Below are positions 52,672 to 64,000 of a stretch of 64,000 nucleotides of DNA, piece after piece. The position numbers and the translations under genes were made by a program. The stretch lies in assembly GCA_964016885.1 (NCBI GenBank), contig OZ024754.1:11470001-11534000 (forward strand), read 5' to 3'. Position 1 is the first letter of the stretch. Each line of letters opens with the position of its first letter. The notes beneath the pieces are model-generated. The model worked only from the letters and a program-made list of their open reading frames with translations. It made no database searches and was not told the DNA's origin. The stretch comes from Eledone cirrhosa (Eukaryota).

Positions 52672-53472
52672 TATTGGTAGAGGGTCGGAGTAGGGCGGTG
52701 TGTTGGCAGTATGGGTAGAGGGTCGAAGTAGGGCGGTGTGTTGGCAGTGTGGGTAGAGGGTCGGAGTAGGGCGGTGGGTTGGCAGGGTGGGTAGAGGGTC
52801 GCAGTAGGGCGGTGTGTTGGCAGTATGGGTAGAGGGTCGCAGTAGGGCGGTGGGTTGGCAGTGTGGGTAGAGGGTCGAAGTAGGGCGGTGGGTTGGCAGT
52901 GTGGGTAGAGGGTCGGAGTAGGGCGGTGGGTTGGCAGTGTGGGTAGAGGGTCGGAGTAGGGCGGTGGGTTGGTAGTGTGGGTAGAGGGTCGGAGTAGGGC
53001 GGTGGGTTGGCAGTATCGGTAGAGGGTCGGAGTAGGGCGGTGGGTTGGCAGTGTGGGTAGAGGGTCGGAGTAGGGCGGTGGGTTGGCAGTGTGGGTAGAG
53101 GGTCGGAGTAGGGCGGTGGGTTGGCAGTGTGGGTAGAGGGTCGGAGTAGGGCGGTGGGTTGGCAGTATGGGTAAAGGGTCGGAGTAGGGCGGTGGGTTGG
53201 CAGTGTGGGTAGAGGGTCGGAGTAGGGCGATGGGTTGGCAGTATGGGTAGAGGGTCGGAGTAGGGCGGTGGGTTGGCAGTGTGGGTAGAGGGTCGGAGTA
53301 GGGAGGTGGGTTGGCAGTGTGGGTAGAGGGTCGGGCGCCATGCTTTGCGGCCTGAGTTCAAATCCCGCCGAGGTTAACTTTGCCTTTCATCCTTACGGGG
53401 TCGATAAAATAAAGTACCAGTAATACACTGAGTAATTGCTGGCCTTGTGCCTAAAGTAGAAACAATTATTTA
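52672..53472 (+). repeat. 38-bp G-rich tandem array (~17 copies) of a SINE 5' head, followed by the SINE body
   Basis: Unit ggtagagggtcggagtagggcggtgggttggcagtgtg; continues into the B box and Deu core at 53340-53472. Confidence 0.92.
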
Positions 53473-53752
53473 ATATCACTTTACTCTCTCTTTCTATCCA
53501 TCTCTCTTTCTCAATATCTTTCACTCTTTCACTAACTATATTTTTCTATCGATATATCAACACCAGCTCCCAATCAATGACCTTCATTCTCTACATCTCC
53601 TTTTCTGCCTCTTTCTTTCCTTCTTTCTCATTCTCTTTTTGCTCTATATATGGACATAGTTATCTACGTCCCTAACCCCACCTCCATCCTCATTCATTTG
53701 ATTTCTCTCTTTTTCATCCATTACCCATTTTCTACCCCTGCCTCCTCTCTCT

Positions 53753-53789
<37 letters not shown>

Positions 53790-54135
53790 CTGTTTTATAA
53801 ATAATTAGTGACATACCTTTTGAGAATACAACTTCCTTTTAAAAAAGTTGATTTGAGGAAGGCATAACATATTTTTAATATGATATCCCAGAAATATATA
53901 TAACGAAATAAATATGGTTTTATAAATATAGTTTACATTTGTTTAATATCGTAAACCTACTCCAGAAATTGTCGAGTGCTTTTATATCAGTTATAAAATA
54001 TTTACTCGTTGTAACCCAACAATCTTAAATAAAACTTTTGCATATATATATATATATATATACATGTATATATATAAACATTTTTTCCTCGATTCCGCCT
54101 TGTCCGTCTCTTCAATATTTCTAATTTCTCATTCT

Positions 54136-54171
54136 TTTTCTGATGAAGGACTATCGGCCGAAACGTTAAGA
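54136..54171 (+). ncRNA. Minimal hammerhead ribozyme (family A, degenerate)
   Basis: CTGATGA aggactatcggcc GAAA cg TT aaga. Confidence 0.6.
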
Positions 54172-54261
54172 CTCTCTTCCAGCTATTTCAAGTGTTAAAC
54201 TAATATATTCCTTCCATATACTGTACCGATTGTGTTGTTATTTCTGTTTACCTTTTACATA

Positions 54262-54303
<42 letters not shown>

Positions 54304-54544
54304 CCAAAAGTTTATATGGTTCGTTGATTATTCAACGAATTCGATTTTACAATAGATTAGAAGCACTCTTTTTTTTCTCTCCGCAACTTCCCTTCTCTAT
54401 TTCTTTGTTGCTTTGTGTCTTTTTCTCTAAGTTTATCATATTATTTGTGGTATATAAATGTTGAGAGTTGGGGAAATAACTTACTACCACTACATGGATT
54501 GAAGGTTCAAAACCTTAGGGGTATGTCGTATAACCAATCTCTTA

Positions 54545-54607
54545 TATTTTATCTGATGAAAACGTACTGAAACACCATTGTACCTTTGAAATATGTATAA
54601 TAAAATA
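54545..54607 (+). ncRNA. Hammerhead motif in a solo pLTR-like element related to the adjacent PLE
   Basis: tattttat CTGATGA ... GAAA tatgta TA ataaaata; stem II degenerate. Confidence 0.6.
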
Positions 54608-54650
54608 TATACTTTGGTTATGATAATATTTCTCATTTATTAATATTTTG

Positions 54651-54707
<57 letters not shown>

Positions 54708-54894
54708 AAGTATTTCCGAAGAAAAAGCGAAAGAAAAAGAGTGTTCTATGTATAATACACATCTATTTAATTAGAAAGTAAACACTCCATTACCAAAGGT
54801 TTCAGGAAAGTGAAGCTGGAAAAAAAAAAAAAAATTTCCCGCCTCACTTTCAATTTTGATAGAATTTTATTTTCATTTCATATATTCGTAACAT

Positions 54895-54960
54895 TTCATC
54901 TGATGAGCGAACTAGACTTATGTTAATATTGTCTAGGGTCCTGAAACCTTTGGTAATGGA
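54895..54960 (+). ncRNA. Hammerhead ribozyme
   Basis: ttcat CTGATGA ..ctagac...gtctag.. GAAA cctttgg TA atgga. Its 3' half is inverted at about 54775-54806. Confidence 0.65.
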
Positions 54961-55156
54961 GTAGTTATATTGTGTTGTTCACTTTCTAATTATATATCTA
55001 TATATATATGACCAAAGATTAATATGGTTCATTGATTACTCAATGAATACAGTTTTACAATAGATTAAAAGCACTCAACAGTAAACATTTTCTTGTGTTT
55101 TTAATATTATTCAAAATATTAACAAATGAAGATATTCACATAATCAAAATATATGC

Positions 55157-55216
55157 TTTATTATATATATTTCGAAGGTACTGTATTGTTTATCCAGTTC
55201 GTCCTCGTCAGATAAA
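55157..55216 (-). ncRNA. Type I hammerhead ribozyme motif in 3' pLTR of PLE
   Basis: Reverse complement: tttat CTGACGA ggacgaactgg...cagtaccttc GAAA tatata TA ataaa. Confidence 0.75.
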
Positions 55217-55405
55217 ATATATGATTTGATATATGACATACCTCTACGGTCTTGATATTTCAATTCCAGTATTGGCAGTGATTTATTTCATCAAATCTCA
55301 ACATTTATATACCACAAATAATAATATGATAAAAATAAAGAAGAAAAGGACATGGAGCGCATTAGAGATATAAGAGAGGGTGTAAAGAGGAGGAAGGCAA
55401 GAAAC

Positions 55406-55448
<43 letters not shown>

Positions 55449-57632
55449 AAAAAGAAAAAATAAGAAAAAATAAATAAATACATACATAAATATTTAAATG
55501 AATAAAAGAAAAAGGAAGGAGAAATAACGACAAAAGAGAGGGAACATAAAATATATGTTAGGATATATAAAAAAAACCGTTGTTTAAAAATATTTGGTCA
55601 ATTGAGGCAACCAATCAATTACCACAAACCATTGAATATCTCTTGTATTTGATTATGGTTAAGCTAATTATACTTATATATTATATCAAAATTAGTCAAT
55701 ATACATTACTTTTTATAGCCGTCACATAATTGGTTTAATTAAAAATTTATATAATTTAATTTAACTCATTATAGATTATAATTTTAGTTTAAGCAATATA
55801 TTCCTTAAGTATTTTGTTACACTTTAAAAAGATTTTATCTTTAAAACAAATTTAGGTAATTATTAAACATGCATTTAAAATATATATTAAAATACATGCA
55901 TATCTCACCATCAATATATATAATATATTAAGATCATTTTTTAGCCGAATTATTTATTTAAATATGATATTTACATTATAAAATCATTTCTATTCTTTAA
56001 TTATCATATAATTACAGGATTAAATTGCTGTTATATTTAATCTCAAAAGTTTTATTCCGTTAATTTATATTTACTTCAGTAATTATACATTATTATAGTT
56101 TCCTTTAAAGATATTCTTATATTATTAAACGACATAATTCATGTCAAATATAATTTAGTAAGCTATTCAAAATGCAATTTAGCGAAATGGAAGCGTTCCG
56201 ATAGTAATTGGCATTTTTTAACCGTGTCCAAGAGATGGAGTATTTAATATTCTTGTCCTTCAAAGACCATATTAATTGTGAGAGTGAAGTTGAAAATTTT
56301 TTATCTGGATTAGAAAAATAATTTTTATAACTGTACCAACGAACCTTAAATTTAGATCAAGTGGCGCCAATATAGTTGTATATATTATTATTTGTCTTAA
56401 TGGTTCATTTATATACTAGATTCTTGTCAAGGCAATTATTTTGTAAGGGACATTCTGACTTCTTTCTACAGTTACATTTCTTCTCGATGTTACTTCTATA
56501 CCCTAAACTATTCATATTATTAAAGGTGTTCTACTATTATTCATATTTAAACTATTATTATTGTTATTCCCATAAACTAGTGTATTATTGTTATTATTGT
56601 TATTATCGCTATTTATATGCTGGTTCAAATTAAGATTTTTTACTATTTATTTTTGCTATATTTTGAGCAATATTCATAGTTGTTGAATAAGAGAGTTTAA
56701 CTGTGTGTCTATTGAAGATAGAGTAATATTTATGTGATCTAGGGAAGTATTTATCCAAGGTTTTAAAAAATAAGTGTGCTAAAGATGTTTTAATGGCTAA
56801 AGATACTGGCGGAGCATACCAAATTATAGATCTAGTTCTTATTTTTTCCTCCGATTTATTCTTCAAGTTGTTGTTTTTATAGTAAATTTTATTATTATTA
56901 ATATTATTATGAATACTGTGATTATAATTAATATTATTTTCAGTGTTTTTTTCCACATACTCAATATTATTGTTATATCCAGCTTTATGTAACGCTTCAT
57001 TATAATATACAGCCTTACTATTAAATATGGATATATTAGCAGATAGTCTGGATATTCGTTGTTGCACACTGTTGACTATTGCATTCTTAACACTTTTAGG
57101 ATGATTAGAATAAAAACTAACATAATTTAAGTTCTCATTGAGTTTATGGAAAGGATAATAAAGGCCTGAGTTCAAATTAAGAGTTACATCTAAAAAATTA
57201 ATTATTTTATTGTTATTTTCAACTTCTAATTTCAGGTCGTAATTAAAAAAAAATTCTATAATTATTTTCTTTACTCTATTTAATTCGCTATTATTATGTT
57301 TTTCTACAATAAATAATATGTCGTCTCTATATAAACCACCGGTAATCTCCGGCAGTTTTCTATATATCATGTTAAGGATGAACATTCCCACAAGATCGGT
57401 AACTTGTGCTGAATCAGACGAGCCCATAGTAATGTCAAAGTTCTTCAGCCTATCGGATCTAGTCCAAAGATCATTATTAAAATCTATCAATGTTCGCCTT
57501 GCAGTTAGAATAATGTTTATCTCGTCACTAGATAGATCCGTGTGTCTATATGCATATGATACCGCCTTATTTAGTAAGTTAGGAGTTATCCTCGATAACT
57601 CCTAACCTACTAAATAAGGCGCTATCATATAT

Positions 57633-57692
57633 TTTATCTGACGAGGACATACTGAAAAAACAACACAGTTCCTTCGAAATATATATAATAAA
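57633..57692 (+). ncRNA. Type I hammerhead ribozyme motif in PLE pLTR
   Basis: tttat CTGACGA [stem II] GAAA tatata TA ataaa. Confidence 0.75.
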
Positions 57693-57838
57693 GCATATAT
57701 TTTGATTATGTGAATATCTTCATTTGTTAATATTTTGAATAACATTAAAAACTCCAGGAAAACTTTTACTGTTGAGTGCTTTTAATCTATTGTAAAACTG
57801 TATTCATTGAGTAATCAATGAACCATATTAATTTTTGG

Positions 57839-57896
<58 letters not shown>

Positions 57897-58080
57897 CTAC
57901 CAAAAGTTTACGGTAGTGTCCAATCCGTATGAAGAACTCAATGTAATCCGGATATCATGAAAAGAAGAGATGCATTCAAAAATCACTTTCGGTGAAAGAT
58001 AAACGGAATACAGAGTCAGATAAATTATTAAAAAAATAATGAATAAACAAAGAAACAGTTCCTTATATTAAACAAAAAAA

Positions 58081-58224
58081 GTTCATTATGCTGAAGACAG
58101 CATATATATGTGAAGGTATGTATATTCTCTCTGATAGTTTGTATAATTTTGTACATAGATGTTTTGAATATGCATACCAATTCTAACACATATATGTCCT
58201 AGAAACGATCGTAAAATAATGAAC
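58081..58224 (+). ncRNA. Hammerhead motif with about 100-nt stem II
   Basis: CTGAAGA at 58091; ggtatgtatattc/gaatatgcatacc helix; GAAA cgatcg TA at 58202-58213; flanked by about 65-bp inverted arms. Confidence 0.55.
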
Positions 58225-58589
58225 TTTTTTTGTTTAATATAAGGAACTGTTTCTTTGTTTATTCATTATTTTTTTAATAATTTATATATATATATATATA
58301 TATTGAATATTAAATTAACTGGTTCAACACGATTTTGACTGGGAAATATAAACCCCTGCCTCTGGAGACGGAAAAAAGGGAGACAAATCTAAGTTACCTT
58401 AATATAGATTTTTTTTTTTACATTTTCTGACTGATTGATAAAGGCGGAAAGGAGCGGCCAGCCACACTTTGCCGTAATGGTAACACACTGTACGGTATAC
58501 GCAAGTGTGAGATTGAGTCCCACAACTGATGCTGTCAACTTTTCCCCCTTTCCACGGGCTTATGTACCCCACTTATTGGACCATCTGCG

Positions 58590-58830
58590 GTGGTGGTGAT
58601 GATGATGATGACGATGATAAGGATGATGATGATGATGATGATGATGAGGAGGAGGAGGAGAGTGATGATGATGATGATGACGATGATGATCATGACAATG
58701 GTGATGATGATGATGATGATGATGACGATGACGACAATGGTGACGATGATGATGATGATGATGATGATGACGATGACGACAATGGTGACGATGATGATGA
58801 TGATGGTGAGGAGGAGGAGGAGGAGGAGAG
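58590..58830. repeat. (GAT/GAC/GAG)n triplet repeat
   Basis: Direct inspection. Confidence 0.9.
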
Positions 58831-59424
58831 TATTGAGTCTGAATCCATCAGAAGCCAATTGTGTCTTTGATCCGTCTGGGAGGAATCGATATAACGAAAA
58901 TAGCTCCATTGCCCTCCCCCACATCAAACTGTCAGGTCTTTCTTGCGTCACTGCTAGAAATCGTTATTGTATCATTGAATTTGTTTGTGTGTATTGGTTT
59001 ACGTTGTTATAGTAATTACTTATTGCTTTTATTTGTTGTTGTTGTTGTTGTAATTTGAGTTAATCTATTAAATAGATCTTAATTTGATAGACTATTGAGT
59101 TGAAAAATTTCGATTACTGAAAATATTCATGCGGTCAGAGAAAAGAAGGAATATCTATAAAATAAAATATTTAAAAAAAATCAATCGAAAGAGGTTGTCT
59201 CCCTTGTTTTTTTTTGTTTCTATCTAATCAGGATTTGATAAACCGTTTCATTACCTTATGAGATACACTGTATTTCAACTAATTAAGGAATTAAATAACG
59301 TAACATAACTTATGGTTCTTATCATCATCATCATCACAATCACCACAATCACCACCACCACCACCATCAACATCATCATCATTATCACCATCGCCAGCAG
59401 AGCGCTGGAACAAATACTGTAAAG

Positions 59425-59680
59425 CAGGCATGTCAAACATGCGGCTTGAGGGCCTCATGCGGCCCTTTACAAGCACATCTGCGGCCCGCACAAAGGTTTT
59501 TACAGCGCGAGCATGTTTAATCTTCGTAATATAAAATTTTAAAAAAATTGTTGTAATGTGTGTGGCCCTCAGACAGCACATACGTGACCCATGTGGTCCT
59601 TATACAACACATACGTGACCCTCATACAACACATATGTGACCCATGCGGCTTTCGGGAGACCCTCAGTTTGACATGCCCA
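59425..59680. mobile_element. hAT (Charlie-like) MITE
   Basis: TIR CAGGCATGTCAAAC / GTTTGACATGCCCA; 8-bp TSD CTGTAAAG at 59417-59424 and 59681-59688. Confidence 0.85.
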
Positions 59681-60017
59681 CTGTAAAGCAGTATTTCTGA
59701 CGTTCTAAGAACTCTGCCAATTCACCATTTTTTATGGTACTGTACAAATAAACAGGGTTTGCCGAGACTGTCCTGCAGGGAACAGTACAGGGCGGGGGGA
59801 AGAGAGGCAGACAGAGATGGGAGGACAACATCCAAGAATGGACAGGTATGAGGCTGGGTGCAACCATGAGGAAGGGGGAGAGGTGAGAGGAATAGAAGGA
59901 GCTGGTTGCCAGGTCGTCTGTAACGCCGCAATGATCCACCAGACTACGGAACAGATGAGATGAGATGACAAATAGACACTACAATTAAATGAAGGGAATA
60001 ATTTCTTTAGCTGGCAT

Positions 60018-60440
60018 ATTTTATCGACCCCGTAAGGATGAAAGGAAAAGTTAACCTCGATGAGATTTGAACTCAGAGTTACGCCCCTTTACGGTCTGAG
60101 TTCAAATCCCGCCGAGGTTAACTTTGCCTTTCATCCTTTCGGGGTCGATAAAATAAAGTACCAGTAATGCACTGGGATAATTGCTGGCCTTGTGCCAAAA
60201 GTAGAAACAATTATGTTAAGTCTAAAGGGCAGCGGATTGGTAGAGCGTCGGACAACATGCTTTGCAACATAGAGTTACGAGCCTTTACGTTCTGAGTTCA
60301 AATCCCACCGAGGTTATCTTTGCATTTCATCCTTACAGGGTCGATAAAATAAAGTACCAGTAATACACTGGCGTTGATTTAATCGACTTTCCCCTCCCTT
60401 CAAATTTCTGGCCTTGTGTCTAAAATAGAAACAATTATGT
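60018..60440 (+). mobile_element. Family 1 SINE pieces (inverted fragment plus two copies)
   Basis: Head-to-head junction near 60078. Confidence 0.7.
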
Positions 60441-61640
60441 TAAGTCTAAATAATAGGTAAAACTTTACCTTAATAGCTAATATAGAGAATGGACAGAAAT
60501 AGCTCAATAAATGACCAAACTGTCATATTTATTTATCTATCAGTCAATCACCATTGTTGTATTAGTACAGTTAGAACACTAATGAAAATTAAATACAAAT
60601 AAATCAATGTTTATATGATATATATATATGCTAGTCCCGTCAACTTATTATTATTATTATTAAATAAATAAAGAAAAAATAAAGAAATCATTATTATTAT
60701 TATTATTATTGGCCTTGTGCCAAAAGTAGAAACAATTATTATCATAATTATATATATGAAAATGTTAAACCCCGACGGCAGAGCTCAAGCCGTTTCGACG
60801 GCTATTTCTGGACTAGAAATAGCCGTCGAAACGGCTTGAGCTCTGCCGTCGGGGTTAAACATTTTCCTATTACCCACTCTACTACCCTAAGTATTGAGTA
60901 CTCTGGTGTGTTATGGTCCATCTGGTTACTTACCACACTTCCTTCGTTATATATATATATATATATATAATTTTTCAATCACATATTTTTTATTTGTTTG
61001 ACCCGAATTACTTGGTCGTTTCTATGGTTATGCGGATGACGGTTTAACCATCGTCTCAGTGTGTTTAGCCTTTAACGTATGTTGTAGCTCTGGTTCGTCA
61101 GAATTATTGAGCGCTTGCCACACATCTCGGAAGTTGTTCTTCGCTAATTCCAAAGCCGAAATACGATTCTCGCTATTTTATATTTGTATATATATATATA
61201 TAATGAGTATAACGGCAATGGATTTTATATGTATGTATATTATATATATATATAATGTATATTATGTATATTATAATATAATGTATACATATATATATAT
61301 ATGTAAAGTTATATTTAAAATTGTTGGGTTACAACTAGTAAATATTTATAACTGATATAAAAGCACTCGACAAATAATTGGAGTATATTTACAATATTAA
61401 ATAAATGGAAAACTATATTTATAAAACCATATTTATTTCATTATATATATTTCGGGGATATCATATTAACAATATGCTATGCCTTCATCAGACAAAATAC
61501 AATATAAACAGTTTTATAGATAAATATATTCAACATACCGTAATAAACATCAACTTCATTGCTAGCGTAAACCTCTTCAAATGAAGTTGATGTTTATTAC
61601 GGTATGTTGAATATATTTATCTATAAAACTGTTTATATTG

Positions 61641-61706
61641 TATTTTGTCTGATGAAGGCATAGCATATTGTTAATATGATATCCCCGAAATATATATAAT
61701 GAAATA
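61641..61706 (+). ncRNA. Hammerhead ribozyme in the right arm of a perfect inverted repeat
   Basis: tattttgt CTGATGA aggcat..atatcccc GAAA tatata TA atgaaata. Mirror copy at 61434-61499 (-); degenerate relative at about 53848-53910. Confidence 0.7.
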
Positions 61707-61744
61707 AATATGGTTTTATAAATATAGTTTTCCATTTATTTAAT

Positions 61745-61783
<39 letters not shown>

Positions 61784-62037
61784 AGAGAGAGAAATTCGTT
61801 TTCAAATATAGAAACATAAACTGTTTTTCTTCAAAATGTAAACAAAACGTTCTCCAGTATGTTTTTGTCTTTAGACATGATGAACTTGCTGAGGTATTTA
61901 TATCTTGTTTAATTCTGACTAGTCCCAGGAGGGTGAAACATATGTAACTTAAATTATAATATAACTAACAGTGTTTGGTAACATATTTAATATGTATATA
62001 TATTTATTATTAATAGTAGGGCGGTGGATTGGCAGTA

Positions 62038-62235
62038 TCAGTAGAACATCGGACACTATGCTTTGTAGCATAGAGTTACTGCTCTTTACGGTCTGAGTTC
62101 AAATCCCGTTGAGGTTAACTTTGCCTTTCATCCCTACGGGGTCGATAAAATAAAGTACCAGCAACGTACTGAGGTCGATTTAATCGACTTTCCCCTCCTC
62201 CTTACTGGCTTTGTGTCTATACTAGAAATCATTAT
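62038..62235 (+). mobile_element. Family 1 SINE
   Basis: Same core. Confidence 0.75.
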
Positions 62236-62275
62236 TAATAGTAATAAATGGAAAATATCACTATAGCATCACATT

Positions 62276-62335
62276 TATTTTAATATACGTATTTCAAGGA
62301 TACCAAATTATAGTATGCTTTCATCAGATAAAATA
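62276..62335 (-). ncRNA. Hammerhead motif (slightly degenerate)
   Basis: Reverse complement: tattttat CTGATGA aagcatact..ggtatcctt GAAA tacgta TA ttaaaata. Confidence 0.6.
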
Positions 62336-63287
62336 CAATGTTTGATGTATAAGAGAGTGACATACCCGAAATATAAAGTTTCATCTTCAGCTTACAGTTG
62401 GCATGTGGAATAAAAACTTAAAATTTCACAGGACTTAACAGTGATATAATGAACAGATAAAAATACCGTTATTTTAGACGCTGGAGAATTTTGAAAAATA
62501 GTGTGTTTATATTGGTTGTGGGGCGGCCATTAAAAGGGTGGTGTATCAGTTGATTGAAGATTTATGCATAAATATTTATATTACCGCGGAAATATTCGCG
62601 TATATACGTATCATAATCTATAATATGTTATATTCGAGAATTATGAAAAATATTCTAGCTAATAGTTTAGAATCGCTAAGACTTTTCATGAGGTTTACAG
62701 TTAAACTATTAGCTAGAATCTATAAAACTCTTCATAAGGGTTATGGTTAAACTATTAGCTAGAATCTATAACTCTTCATAAGGGTTATGGTTAAACTATT
62801 AGCTAGAATCTATAAAACCCTTCATAAGGTTTACGGTTAAACTATTACCTATCACTATTATATATATAATTCACTTACTTACCATATATATAAAAATATA
62901 CAAATATAATTATACGTTCCAGTAGATAGAAGCATATATATATATTCATTCAAAGTAACAAATACCGTTATCTAAATCACATTTTGAATACGTTGATAAG
63001 AAATTCTTTATTAAACATTAGAAATAATAAGAGTTACTTCCCTGTCGATGTTTACTTATGAAATACGTATATTAAAATAAATATGATGCTATAGTGATAT
63101 TTTCCATTTATTTTGCTGGCCTTGTGCTTAAAGTAGAAACAATTATTATTATTAATAATATTATAATACTCCAGATAAAATTTTACTGTAGAGTGCTTCA
63201 TATCTGTTATGAACATAATTCTGTTGAATATTCATCCACAAAGCATATAACTCATTGTTTATATATATATATATATATATAATAATA

Positions 63288-63476
63288 ATAATTTTTCTAC
63301 TTTTGGCACAAGGCCAGCAAATACCCAGTACATTACTGGTACTTTATTTTATCGACCCCGTAAGGATGAAAGGCAAAGTTTACCTCGGCGGGATTGGAAC
63401 TCAGAATAGAAAGGGCCGTAACTCTATGCGTCAAAGCATGACGTCCGACCCTCTACTGATACTGCCAATCCACTGC
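63288..63476 (-). mobile_element. Family 1 SINE
   Basis: Same core. Confidence 0.8.
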
Positions 63477-63851
63477 TCTATAATAATAATAATAATAGGT
63501 TACAGTATCGTAAAAGTGGATAGAAAGAAGAGGTATAAAGAAGTACGATACAGAATATTACATGCCAAAAGCAGATGCATAAGTGCTCGATGCTTGGGTT
63601 AACAGGGTTAAATATTAGAGAAGGTTAATATTTGGTGTAAGGTTAAGCAGAGTGGTGAATAGCAAAATAATTAATGAGAGAGTTACAAGCCGTTAAAACA
63701 TATCTTGCACCGGTAATTACCTCCCTTAGCAAACTACACTCCTTTTCAACGTGTTTACACTTTTAACATTTAAATTTACTATGCAAGGTGATGTAAAACT
63801 TTTATTTAACCCTTTTAGGGTATGTAATTAAAAACTTTGCTTGCAATATCT

Positions 63852-63891
63852 GCCTCAGACGAGCCCCATTGGGTGAAACACGTGTAAGAGC
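63852..63891 (+). ncRNA. Hammerhead-like motif with CAGACGA core (family E)
   Basis: ct CAGACGA gccc-catt-gggt GAAA cacgtg TA ag; stem I weak. Confidence 0.55.
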
Positions 63892-64000
63892 TTTATAAAG
63901 ATATGTTTTAACGGCTTGTAACTCTTTCATTAATTATTTTGCTATATATATATATATATAAATACACACACACACATTATATATATATATGGTATGTATG

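Larger units (their letters stand above)
55011..57840 (-). mobile_element. 5'-truncated Penelope-like retroelement (Naiad-like) with inverted pLTRs, in (TA)n
   Basis: RT ORF 56630-57590 (FDITMGS, GLYRDD, NFLDV, SNHP). Linker CNCRKKSECPLQNNCL and GIY-YIG (LVYK..YIGAT..FKVR) at about 56190-56476. About 210 bp inverted repeats at 55011-55230 and 57625-57840, each with a hammerhead. Stop/frameshift between RT and EN. Confidence 0.9.

Noticed and set aside
52633-53361. Proline-rich 242-aa ORF
   Set aside because: Reverse translation of the 38-bp SINE-head array.
58529-58870. Acidic poly-Asp/Glu ORF
   Set aside because: Triplet microsatellite with no supporting domain or splice evidence.
60995-61105. 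Hammerhead on minus strand (CTGACGA...GAAA...GTC)
   Set aside because: Stem I and stem II pairing too poor to call.

Overview
AT-rich, microsatellite-laden animal genomic DNA. The tRNA-derived Deu/Nin-domain SINEs, RTE LINEs and (TA)n abundance suggest a cephalopod such as octopus (inference). The only host gene I can support is a minus-strand polycystin-2-family (TRPP, PKD2/PKD2L1-like) channel. It has 12 GT-AG exons in consistent phase from the ATG at 42447 to the left edge (about 698 codons; the C-terminus lies outside the window). The rest is SINEs, LINE fragments, DNA-transposon MITEs, minisatellites and one 5'-truncated Penelope-like element (RT plus Cys linker plus GIY-YIG, Naiad-like) with inverted pLTRs. 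The most striking unannotated signal is about 30 type-I hammerhead-ribozyme motifs, found by eye, in more than a dozen short non-coding element families. Most sit in or beside (TA)n and many are fold-back inverted repeats. They include recurrent non-canonical cores (CAGANGA in three unrelated families, UUGAAAA with U3-A8 covariation), and within PKD2 introns most lie on the sense strand. Ribozyme activity is inferred from structure only.
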